In this document: positions 32,486 through 40,638 of the stretch, piece after piece
Numbering within the stretch: the first letter of the stretch is position 1
Layout: each line of letters starts with the position of its first letter
Assembly (NCBI GenBank): GCA_018970025.1
Contig: JAGWXF010000004.1
Span: 63,485 to 127,484, forward strand
Source of the DNA: Actinomycetales bacterium
GTDB taxonomy: Bacteria > Actinomycetota > Actinomycetes > S36-B12
Length of the DNA: 64,000 nt
Direction of reading: 5' to 3'
Notes under the pieces: model-generated
Told to the model about the DNA's origin: nothing
The model's input: the letters and a program-made list of their open reading frames with translations, nothing else
Database searches by the model: none
Made by a program: the position numbers and the translations under genes

Positions 32486-33231
32486 CGAAGGTCGTGTCGA
32501 TCGGCGACAGTATCGCCGCCGGGATCGGCGATCAGGCGGTCGATGGCCGGCTCGACGCCTGGGGAGGCAGGCTGGCCCGCTGCATCGAAGGCGGGACCTC
32601 GTTGAACCTAGCCGTCCCCGGTGCGCGCATGGGGATGATCCGATCGACGCAAGTCCCCGCTGCCATCCTGGCCGAGCCGCGCATCGTCCTCATCAGCACG
32701 GGGGGTAACGACATCGTCCATCGGCGCTTCGCCATCGATGCATTCCAGGCCGGACTCCAGCGGACCATTGCCGTCATGACGGCCTGCCAGGCCAGGATCG
32801 TGCTGCTGACGGTGCCGGATCTCGCACATGCCTGGCCCCTGCCCGCCCGGCTTCGGCGGGCGCTCCTGGCGCGCATCGAGGCGGTGAACGAGGTGATCCG
32901 GGCCAGCGAGGCAACCCATGGGGCACTGGTCATCGACTGGCAGGCCCACGACCAGTTGCGCGACCCCGAGTGCCTGCATCCGGATCGGGTCCACCTGTCT
33001 GCAGTGGGGTATGAGCGACTGGCAGCAACGAGCCGGCACCTGCTTGGCCTTCCCGATCCGGAAGCAGGACGGCCTCCGAGCGTGGGCCCGGCGCCGAACA
33101 GGATTCGCGCACTGGGCGTGCGGGATGTGGTGCCGCTGGTTCGCAAGTCTCCCGATATCGCCAGCCTGGTGCTGATCGGCCGCGGTGCCTACCCGCCGGT
33201 CAGACAGGCCGGGACGGCCCGCAGCACATAG
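32482..33231 (+). CDS. SGNH/GDSL hydrolase
   Basis: IGDSIAAG, NLAVPGA, GGNDI, DRVHLS..GY; ATGA coupling. Confidence 0.87.
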   Translation: MTKVVSIGDSIAAGIGDQAVDGRLDAWGGRLARCIEGGTSLNLAVPGARMGMIRSTQVPAAILAEPRIVLISTGGNDIVHRRFAIDAFQAGLQRTIAVMTACQARIVLLTVPDLAHAWPLPARLRRALLARIEAVNEVIRASEATHGALVIDWQAHDQLRDPECLHPDRVHLSAVGYERLAATSRHLLGLPDPEAGRPPSVGPAPNRIRALGVRDVVPLVRKSPDIASLVLIGRGAYPPVRQAGTARST

Positions 33232-33362
33232 CCGTGCTTGGTCCACCAGGGCAGCATCCGCTCCACCGCGGTCACGTTGTTCTGCCTCGGCCCTGCCCCG
33301 TCGTGCATCACGATGATCACTCCCGGGCCTTCGGGCGCGAGGATGCGCGACAGCCATCGCAT
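33189..33362 (-). pseudogene. C-terminal remnant of a NodB/polysaccharide deacetylase
   Basis: Manual translation: MRWLSRILAPEGPGVIIVMHDGAGPRQNNVTAVERMLPWWTKHGYVLRAVP. It matches the NodB motif-5 pattern IILMHD...GY. An in-frame stop lies upstream and motifs 1-4 are absent. Confidence 0.55.
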
Positions 33363-33464
33363 GCCCTCGATGGGAGCACGGCCTGCTCGCGACTGCGCCC
33401 TGGGGCGGCGGCCATGTCCGGACAGGACCCGTCACTGGCACATGAGCCTGGCGCGGTGCCCGGG

Positions 33465-34313
33465 TCAGGAGCCGAAGACCACGGTGCGCTGGTGATTGAG
33501 GAAGACCCGGTCCTCGGCGAACAGCCGTACGGCGCGCGACAGCGCCAGGCGCTCGACGTCGCGGCCGACCTCGGCCAGGGCCTCGGGGGTGGCAACGTGA
33601 TTCACCCGGGCCACCTGCTGCTCGATGATCGGGCCCTCGTCGAGGTCGGAGGTAACGAAGTGCGCGGTGGCCCCGATCAACTTGACTCCGCGCTCATATG
33701 CCTGGTGGTACGGGCGCGCACCCTTGAAGCCCGGCAGGAACGAGTGATGGATGTTGATCACCCGGCCCGACAGCGCTTGGCAGGCGTCCTCGGAGAGGAT
33801 CTGCATGTAGCGGGCCAGGACGACCAGGTCGACCGCCTCGTCCCGGACCATGGCGAGCAGTCGCCCCTCCTGCTCGGCCTTGGTCTGGCTCGTCACCGGC
33901 AGGTAGGCGAACGGCAGGCCGTATCGCTCCGCGATAGGCCGGCAGGTCTGGTGATTGGAGACCACCCCCACGATGTCGAGGGGGAGCTCGCCGGCACTCC
34001 ATCGATAGAGCACGTCCAGCAGGCAATGGTCGTACTGCGACACCATGATCAGCGCCCGCCGATGGGCGGACTCCAGGCGCAGTCGCAGCTGCGGGCTGAA
34101 GGCGGCCATGGCGTCGGTGAGCGCGTTGCGGATGCCGTCCACGTCATCGACCGCCGCCTCGAATCGCGTCCGGGCGAAGAACTGGCCGGTCTGCAGGTCG
34201 GAGAACTGCTCCTGCTCCAGGATGTTCGCGTCCATGGCCAGCAGCGAGCCGGTCATCGCATGGATGATCCCGGTCGTGTCCGGGCACTGCAGGGTCAGGA
34301 TGTAGGCGGGCAT
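33465..34313 (-). CDS. purU: Formyltetrahydrofolate deformylase
   Basis: ACT domain CPDTTGII; HCLLD, VVSNH, VLARYMQILS, INIHHSFLPGFKGARPYHQAYERGVKLIGATAH, LDEGPIIEQ. Confidence 0.95.
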   Translation of the reverse strand: MPAYILTLQCPDTTGIIHAMTGSLLAMDANILEQEQFSDLQTGQFFARTRFEAAVDDVDGIRNALTDAMAAFSPQLRLRLESAHRRALIMVSQYDHCLLDVLYRWSAGELPLDIVGVVSNHQTCRPIAERYGLPFAYLPVTSQTKAEQEGRLLAMVRDEAVDLVVLARYMQILSEDACQALSGRVINIHHSFLPGFKGARPYHQAYERGVKLIGATAHFVTSDLDEGPIIEQQVARVNHVATPEALAEVGRDVERLALSRAVRLFAEDRVFLNHQRTVVFGS

Positions 34314-34316
34314 CGG

Positions 34317-34511
34317 CTACTGCCTGGTGCCGGTGCGCAGGGTCAGCACCCCGATGCCGACCACGGCGATGACCCCTCCCACGACGGCCCACGCTGTCTG
34401 GCCGCTCATCACGCTGCCCTGGAGCACGCCGGCTCCCAGCAGCAGCCAGGTGATGCCGATCATGACCAGGACGAGGCCGACAGCACGCCTCATCGGGCTG
34501 AGTCTGCGCAT
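34317..34511 (-). CDS. Small two-TM membrane protein
   Basis: GLVLVMIGITWLLLGAGVLQGSVMSGQTAWAVVG. Confidence 0.7.
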   Translation of the reverse strand: MRRLSPMRRAVGLVLVMIGITWLLLGAGVLQGSVMSGQTAWAVVGGVIAVVGIGVLTLRTGTRQ

Positions 34512-34624
34512 GGGGCTAGCCTGCCATGCGACCGCCGATCCTCTGCTCGCCCCGCGTCGGCGACCGCCGCCGTGCAGGGGCTCGATGACGCGCAGGATAG
34601 TGTGACCATGAGCCAGGGAGGATC

Positions 34625-35554
34625 ATGATCGAGGTTTCGGAGCTCACCAAGCGCTTCGGGGCGGTCACGGCCGTCGACGGCATCACCTTCACCGTCAGGC
34701 CGGGGATCGTCACCGGGTTCCTCGGGCCGAACGGTGCCGGGAAGTCCACCACGATGCGGATGATCCTGGGCCTGGATCGCCCGACGTCGGGGACGGCTCA
34801 TGTCAATGGCCGCCCGTTCCGGCAGGCCCCGGCACCGCTGGCCGAGCTCGGGGCCATGCTGGAGGCCAAGGCGGTCGACAAGGGCCGCTCGGCGCGCAAC
34901 CACTTGCGGGCCGTCGGCGCGACGATCGGCGTCGGTCGTTCCCGGGTCGATGAGGTCCTGGCGATGGTCGGCCTGACGGACGTCGCCGGCAAGCACGCGG
35001 GCGGCTTCTCCCTGGGCATGGGCCAGCGGCTGGGCATCGCCATGGCGCTGCTGGGCGATCCGCCGGTGGTGATGCTGGACGAGCCGGTCAATGGCCTTGA
35101 TCCGGACGGCATCCTGTGGATTCGCGGCCTGCTGAAGTCGCTCGCGGCCGAGGGCCGCACCGTCTTCGTGTCCTCCCACCTGATGAGCGAGGTGGAGCAG
35201 ACCGCCGACCACCTCATCGTCATCGGCAGGGGCCGGATTCTCGCGGACATGCCCATGGGCGACTTCATCCGGCAGTCCTCCCAGCATCGTGTCAGCGTGA
35301 TGTCGCCCGACGCGACCCGACTCGCCGAGCTGATGGCTGGCCCCGAGGTGGTGGTTGCCACGGCTGACGACGGGAGCCTGGTGGTCGAGGGCCTCGGCGC
35401 GCGGGAGGTCGGCGAGCTCGCGGCAGCCAACGGGATCGTCCTGCATCAGCTGGTCGACGTGGCGCCCTCCCTGGAAGCGGCCTTCATGGAGCTCACGGCC
35501 GAGAGCGTCGTCTTCCACGGATCGGTGGATCAGCAGGCTGGGAGTGCAGCATGA
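34625..35554 (+). CDS. ABC transporter ATP-binding protein (ABC-2 export type)
   Basis: GPNGAGKST, FSLGMGQRL, LDEPVNGLD, SSHLMSE; GGAGG RBS. Confidence 0.92.
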   Translation: MIEVSELTKRFGAVTAVDGITFTVRPGIVTGFLGPNGAGKSTTMRMILGLDRPTSGTAHVNGRPFRQAPAPLAELGAMLEAKAVDKGRSARNHLRAVGATIGVGRSRVDEVLAMVGLTDVAGKHAGGFSLGMGQRLGIAMALLGDPPVVMLDEPVNGLDPDGILWIRGLLKSLAAEGRTVFVSSHLMSEVEQTADHLIVIGRGRILADMPMGDFIRQSSQHRVSVMSPDATRLAELMAGPEVVVATADDGSLVVEGLGAREVGELAAANGIVLHQLVDVAPSLEAAFMELTAESVVFHGSVDQQAGSAA

Positions 35555-36414
35555 GCGAGCAGCAGGCCTTCGCGCAGGGGCCGGAGGGCCTGACCGACGG
35601 GTTCACGGCTCGCCGGACGAGCCAGTGGCGGGTGCTGCGCTCGGAGTGGATCAAGCTGCTCACCCTGCGCTCGACCTGGATCACCCTCATCGCGATCGTG
35701 GCGGTCATCATCGGCTTCGGCGTGCTCTCGGCCCTGGTCGCCAGCGGCAGTGTCACGCCGAGCAGCAGCAATGGCGGCGGGCCGCCGACGGAGGCAATGC
35801 GCCGCAATCCGCTGAACACCGTGATGTCGGGCGCCAACCTGGCCGTGCTCATCGTGGCCGTCCTCGGCTCGATCATCGGTGCCCGCGAGTTCGCCAGCGG
35901 CCTGATCCGCACGACGTTCTCGGCCGTGCCGCGACGCCTGCCGGTGCTATGGGCCAAGTTGATGGTCTTCGTCGGGGTCCTGCTGCCCATCGTGCTGGTC
36001 GCCATCGTGGCCGTGTTCTTCCTGGGGATGTCCCTGCTGGCCTCCGCTGATGCGCAGACGGTGGCCTGGTCCGACGACGGTGTTGCCCGTAGCGTGATCG
36101 GCCTGGGCTGCTACATCGTCGGGCTCGGAGTGATCGGCCTGGCGCTTGGGACCCTGCTGCGCGGTACTGCGGCCTCGATCGGCGTGGTCATCGGCGCAGT
36201 GATCTTCGTCCCGGCCCTGGCGACCGCACTACTGCCCGAGAGCTGGGACGAAGTCCTCAAGTACCTGCCCTCGAATGCCGGGGCCGCCTTCACCACGGCC
36301 AGCCAGAGCGGTGGGGCGATGCTGGATCCGGGGGTGGGGGCTGCGGTCTTCGTCGGCTGGATCGTGCTCGCGGTGGCCTGCGCCGCGTGGGTGATCAAGC
36401 GCCGCGACGCGTAG
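35551..36414 (+). CDS. ABC-2 permease
   Basis: RSEWIKLLTLRST, EFASGLIRTTFSAVPRR, ends KRRDA. Confidence 0.9.
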   Translation: MSEQQAFAQGPEGLTDGFTARRTSQWRVLRSEWIKLLTLRSTWITLIAIVAVIIGFGVLSALVASGSVTPSSSNGGGPPTEAMRRNPLNTVMSGANLAVLIVAVLGSIIGAREFASGLIRTTFSAVPRRLPVLWAKLMVFVGVLLPIVLVAIVAVFFLGMSLLASADAQTVAWSDDGVARSVIGLGCYIVGLGVIGLALGTLLRGTAASIGVVIGAVIFVPALATALLPESWDEVLKYLPSNAGAAFTTASQSGGAMLDPGVGAAVFVGWIVLAVACAAWVIKRRDA

Positions 36415-36423
36415 GCGACCTGA

Positions 36424-37071
36424 TCAACGCACCGGCAGGCCGAGCAGTTCCCGCGCCTGCCGGAAGCCCTCGGCCGGGTGCACCGGATCCAGGTGCACCG
36501 GCGTCAGGCCGACGGCCTGGGCACCGCGCAGGTTCACCGGCTGGTCGTCGATGAACACCGTGCCCTGTGCCGGGACGCCCATGCGCTCCAGGATGAGGTG
36601 GTACGCGGCAGGGTCGGGCTTCATGACCCCTTCCGTCCGGCCGTCCACGAGCTGGTCGAACTCGGTCAGGATCGTCATGCGGGCCAGCCAGGCCGCATCG
36701 TGGAAGGCGGTCAGGTCGTTGGTGAGCACCCCGACCGGGATCCCGACTGCCTTGGCATCGCGGATCAATGCCCGCGCCGCCGGCCGCACCAGGGTCTCCT
36801 CCGGGCCGGCGTAGCAGTACTTGAACAGCTCCGGTGCCGTCGGCGGCTCCCCGGTCAGCGCCGCGAACTCCTCGACGCGGCGACGCCAGTACTCGCGCTC
36901 GGTGAACGCACCGGCCTGGAAGGCGCGCCAGTCCGCGTCCGCATCCGGGTCGAACGGCCCGGCCCAGTCAAAGGACCCGGCGGGCAGGCCCGCTGCGGCC
37001 TCGCCGGCCGCGCGGAGCTCGAAGGGCGTGAGCAGGACGGGCCCGCCGAAGTCGAAGACCAGGGCGCTCAG
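36424..37071 (-). CDS. HAD-IA phosphatase (start uncertain, possibly CTG at 37071)
   Basis: LVFDFGGPV motif I, EREYW, GVLTNDL, MKPDP, FIDDQPVN. Confidence 0.82.
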   Translation of the reverse strand: MSALVFDFGGPVLLTPFELRAAGEAAAGLPAGSFDWAGPFDPDADADWRAFQAGAFTEREYWRRRVEEFAALTGEPPTAPELFKYCYAGPEETLVRPAARALIRDAKAVGIPVGVLTNDLTAFHDAAWLARMTILTEFDQLVDGRTEGVMKPDPAAYHLILERMGVPAQGTVFIDDQPVNLRGAQAVGLTPVHLDPVHPAEGFRQARELLGLPVR

Positions 37072-37373
37072 TGCTCCGCCTCCATGATCGTGACCATCCC
37101 GAAGCGGACAACCTCGCCGAACCACTGGCAGGCACCGCACCAGGTCATGAAGTTCCGGCAGTCGGCTGACCAGTACTCGGTGGTGATGCCGTCGGCCTCC
37201 AGTGGTGCCCCGCACATCGGGCAGAACTTCGGCCGGTCCAGCAGGTGACGGACGGCATCCTTGGCGAACCAGGCGTCCGGCGACGGGAGCCGATGCGGGT
37301 CGGGCGGCAGCTGCTCGACGGGTACCGCCCGGGCCTCATCGGCCCGGGCGGCATCGTCGGCGGTCTCAGGCAC
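37068..37373 (-). CDS. Small zinc-ribbon-like protein (CxxC...CxxC)
   Basis: ...DAWFAKDAVRHLLDRPKFCPMCG...TEYW....NFMTWCGACQWFGEV...EAEH; overlaps both neighbours. Confidence 0.75.
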   Translation of the reverse strand: MPETADDAARADEARAVPVEQLPPDPHRLPSPDAWFAKDAVRHLLDRPKFCPMCGAPLEADGITTEYWSADCRNFMTWCGACQWFGEVVRFGMVTIMEAEH

Positions 37374-38625
37374 CCGCGCCGGCCTTCTCGCGGTTGGCCC
37401 ATGCGGTGAGGTGCAGGTCGAGCAGCTCCTGCCGGATCGGGCTGTAGCGCATCGAGCCGCCGGTGATCCAGGCCTGGGCGAACTCGCGCTCGGCGCCGAA
37501 CTTGTCCTTCTCGCAGGGCAGGTCGATGCGATCGTGCTTCTCGCGCACCGTGCCGAGGGGATCCTGTCCGTCCTGCACTCGCTTGATGTTCTCCTTGAAC
37601 ATCTTGCGTAGCAGGGCCACGCCGGCATCGCTCCGGCCGAGGTGCTCCTGGGTGCGATCGGTGACCGGGCCCTGCGACACCCAGGCCATGATGTCCTGGC
37701 CCTCGATGTAGTCGGTGATGAAGCGGCCCTGCTCATCACGCCACAGGTACTCGTAGAACACCGGGCGCGGCTGCGGCTCCCACACCCCGCCCTGAGGGGC
37801 GTGATTGGAGTAGAACAGCTTCCAGGTCGTGGTGTCGTCGATCGGCACCCGGATCTGCATCTGGTCGATGCCCGCACCGCCGACGCGCATGAAGTACGGG
37901 AAGACCAGCGGATGGCCGATCTTCCAGTCGTCGTTCTCCTCGCTGCTGCCCTCCAGGACCCGCCGCTTGAGGATGCCCCACTCCATCTCGTCGAAGCCGG
38001 TGCGGATGTGCTTCTTCTGGAAGGCCTTCGGCGCATCGAACCCGGTGGTCTGGCCGAGGAACTCGAAGTAGTAGCCGTGCAGCCACTCGACGTGGTGCGG
38101 ATCGACGGAGTTCTCCATGATCTGCAGCCAGTTGCACGGCAGGGTGGTGTAGCCGCAGTCCTTGATGCCGTCCATCACGAACACGTCGAAGCGGGGCAGC
38201 TCGGGGGCGGGCTGGGGGCCGACGTAGACCCAGATCATGCCGCCCATCACCTCGGCCTTGCCGGCCTTCTGCCGCACCCGGTCGCGGAAGTTCTGGTTGT
38301 CGGCCTCGGCGGGCTGCTCCAGGCAGGTCCCGTCGAAGTCCCACTTCCAGCCGTGGTAGCCGCAGCGGATGCCGTCCTCATGCACGACCCCGTAGGTCAG
38401 CGAGGCGCGACGATGCGGGCAGGCCTCGGCCACGATGCCGTAGCGGCCGCCCTTCGGCGTCTTGAACAGGGTCCAGTTCTCGCCGAGCAGGCGGACCGTC
38501 TTGGTCGGCACCTCGTCGAAGTCCTGCTCGAAGGCGATCGGGTACCAGTAGCGGCGCAGCAGCTCGCCCATCGGCGTGCCTGGCCCGACCTTGGTGAGTT
38601 CCTCGTTCTGTTCCACGGTAAGCAT
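37366..38625 (-). CDS. Rieske non-heme iron oxygenase alpha subunit (phthalate 4,5-dioxygenase/LigXa-like N-terminus)
   Basis: MLTVEQNEELTKVGPGTPMGELLRRYW; CPH...CGYH Rieske ligands; ENSVDPHHVEWLH and QD mononuclear Fe ligands; EHLGRSD.G. Confidence 0.93.
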   Translation of the reverse strand: MLTVEQNEELTKVGPGTPMGELLRRYWYPIAFEQDFDEVPTKTVRLLGENWTLFKTPKGGRYGIVAEACPHRRASLTYGVVHEDGIRCGYHGWKWDFDGTCLEQPAEADNQNFRDRVRQKAGKAEVMGGMIWVYVGPQPAPELPRFDVFVMDGIKDCGYTTLPCNWLQIMENSVDPHHVEWLHGYYFEFLGQTTGFDAPKAFQKKHIRTGFDEMEWGILKRRVLEGSSEENDDWKIGHPLVFPYFMRVGGAGIDQMQIRVPIDDTTTWKLFYSNHAPQGGVWEPQPRPVFYEYLWRDEQGRFITDYIEGQDIMAWVSQGPVTDRTQEHLGRSDAGVALLRKMFKENIKRVQDGQDPLGTVREKHDRIDLPCEKDKFGAEREFAQAWITGGSMRYSPIRQELLDLHLTAWANREKAGAGA

Positions 38626-38714
38626 GTGCGTCCCCTTTCCTGCCGGCCCTGCCAGATCCTTGGTGCCTGGATTCTTGCGCGAACGTGACTGGTATTGCTC
38701 AGTGAGGTGCCGTT

Positions 38715-38760
38715 CCCTGGCTCGTGGCGGACGGTAGCGACCATCCGCCACGAGCCAGGG
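38715..38760. terminator. Perfect 17-bp intercistronic stem-loop (terminator or mRNA stabiliser)
   Basis: ccctggctcgtggcgga-N12-tccgccacgagccaggg immediately after the PpsA-like stop; no U-tract. Confidence 0.65.
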
Positions 38761-38766
38761 CACCGA

Positions 38767-40575
38767 CTACAGGATCGTCACGACCCCATTGGACCCGTCG
38801 ACGCGGATGCGCTGGCCGGTCGTGATGGTCGAGGTGGCGAAGCCCGTGCCCGTCACGGCCGGCAGGCCGTACTCCCGGCACACGATCGCCGCATGGCTCA
38901 TCATGCCGCCAGTGTCGGTCACGGTCGCCTGGATCTTGCCGAAGATCGGCGCCCAGGAGGGTGCCGTCAGCGGTGCGACCAGGATCTCGCCCTGCTGGAT
39001 CTGGCTGATGTCATCCGCGGAGAAGATGACCCGCGCGATGCCCTCGACGACGCCGGGCGAGGCCGACATCCCGCGCAGGGAGCCATCCTCACTGGCCCCG
39101 CCGCCCAGCCAGGTGTTGATGCTGTCGTTGGTGATGCCCCACAGCATGATCGTGAAGGGCTCGGTCACGACCTCCGGCGGGACGCCGAGTGCCGGGGTGG
39201 GCTTCACCGACTTCAGTGCGCTGATGATGCCTCGGCGACGCTCGATCTCCTGCGGCCAGTGGGTCGGGCCGGCGGCCTGCCCCGGCGTGGCCCAGGAGGC
39301 GTAGTAGTCGAACAGGGCATCCTCGACCTCAGTCCGACGCAGGAAGAAGATGTCATTGGCGTCCGACCAGAAGCCCTCCTTGACGAAGAGCTCGCCGAGC
39401 TGGCGCATCTTGCGCCAGATCACCGAGTGGCTCCAGTGCTCGACATAGAAGTTGTGGTTCTCCACGTACGGGAAGACCACCCGCGCCAGGCCGAGCTTGC
39501 CCTGGAAGGTCTCGCGCTCCTCGTCGCTGGACAGCAGCTCGACGTACTCGTTGACGATGCGGTCGCGCTCAGCACGGATGGCGTCGACCGGCCGGGCCAG
39601 GTCCTCGCCCTCCTGCAGCTTGCCGATGTAGTTCGCGATGAAGTCGAACGGAATGCTGACGTTCTCGATCCAGATCTTGTCCGAGTGGTAGAAGCCCGAG
39701 CCGGACGAGAAGTTGAACCAGGGCTCGGCCGACTCCTGGAAGGAGGCGATCCATGCCTGGCCGGCCTCGGTGCCCTTGAGGATCTGGCAGGTGGCGTCCA
39801 CATCGCCGGTGGCGAAGGCATCGCCGACCCCGCTCTCATGGGCCATCCGGGCCAGCCGCTTGAGCTCGTCGTCCGGGCGGAACAGGTCGACCTCGACCCC
39901 GGCGACCATCTTGGCGATGGCCAGGTCCGGGATGCTCGGCCAGACCTGCTTGCAGAATCCGAAGAAGTCCAGGTAGGCGGCATACCCGAGGTTGAGGAAC
40001 TCGAAGTGGTACTGCCACAGCTTCAGCGACAGCGATACCAGGCGGTGGTAGTTGTCCTGGATGGCCCAGCCGCTGCCGACGCCCGCGCCGGACTTCACGA
40101 CGGCATCGGCGTCCTCGATATCCGGCAGCGGCGAGAAGTCGATCGCCTCGAGCTCCTTGACCAGGTCGCGGATCTTGATCATCCACTTGTCGTAGAGGTC
40201 GTTCCAGTTCATGAAGTAGAAGCCGGCGCGATCCATGAAGTTCGCCACCCGCGATTCGATGGTGGCCGGGTCGGCGGCCACCGGAGAGAGGTAGCAGTAG
40301 CCGTTGAGGATGCGCCAGTCGATGCCGTTGGCCGGCGGCACCTGCAGGTGCCGCGTGTTGTACTGCGACAGGGAGGCGATGGCGTACTCGAAGAGGGTCG
40401 CATCCCAGGGCATGAGGACCTCGGGCCAGTGGACGCCGTCCTGGAACCAGAACATGGACTCCTCGTACCCGCGACGGCCCTCGGAGAACAGGGAGGAGTA
40501 GGTGTAGAAGTCCCTCCAACCCTCGGCGCCTGCCGGCGTCGGGATGTCGAATGGGCTTGGGAAGCGATCAGCCAT
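38767..40575 (-). CDS. Phenylphosphate synthase alpha-like / CreH-like phosphotransferase (substrate-binding + His swivel domain)
   Basis: FPSPFDIPTPAGAEGW, LSQYNTRHLQVPPANG, WQYHFEFLNLGYAAY, FRPDDELK, VFPYVENHNFYVEHW, EPFTIMLWG, TDTGGMMSHAAIVCREYG. These blocks match my recollection of Thauera PpsA. No PEP/pyruvate barrel. Confidence 0.88.
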   Translation of the reverse strand: MADRFPSPFDIPTPAGAEGWRDFYTYSSLFSEGRRGYEESMFWFQDGVHWPEVLMPWDATLFEYAIASLSQYNTRHLQVPPANGIDWRILNGYCYLSPVAADPATIESRVANFMDRAGFYFMNWNDLYDKWMIKIRDLVKELEAIDFSPLPDIEDADAVVKSGAGVGSGWAIQDNYHRLVSLSLKLWQYHFEFLNLGYAAYLDFFGFCKQVWPSIPDLAIAKMVAGVEVDLFRPDDELKRLARMAHESGVGDAFATGDVDATCQILKGTEAGQAWIASFQESAEPWFNFSSGSGFYHSDKIWIENVSIPFDFIANYIGKLQEGEDLARPVDAIRAERDRIVNEYVELLSSDEERETFQGKLGLARVVFPYVENHNFYVEHWSHSVIWRKMRQLGELFVKEGFWSDANDIFFLRRTEVEDALFDYYASWATPGQAAGPTHWPQEIERRRGIISALKSVKPTPALGVPPEVVTEPFTIMLWGITNDSINTWLGGGASEDGSLRGMSASPGVVEGIARVIFSADDISQIQQGEILVAPLTAPSWAPIFGKIQATVTDTGGMMSHAAIVCREYGLPAVTGTGFATSTITTGQRIRVDGSNGVVTIL

Positions 40576-40638
40576 ATTGCACTCCTGATGGCGTGCGCCG
40601 GTGGCGGCGCTGGTGGATAGGGGCAGTGCAGCGAACTC

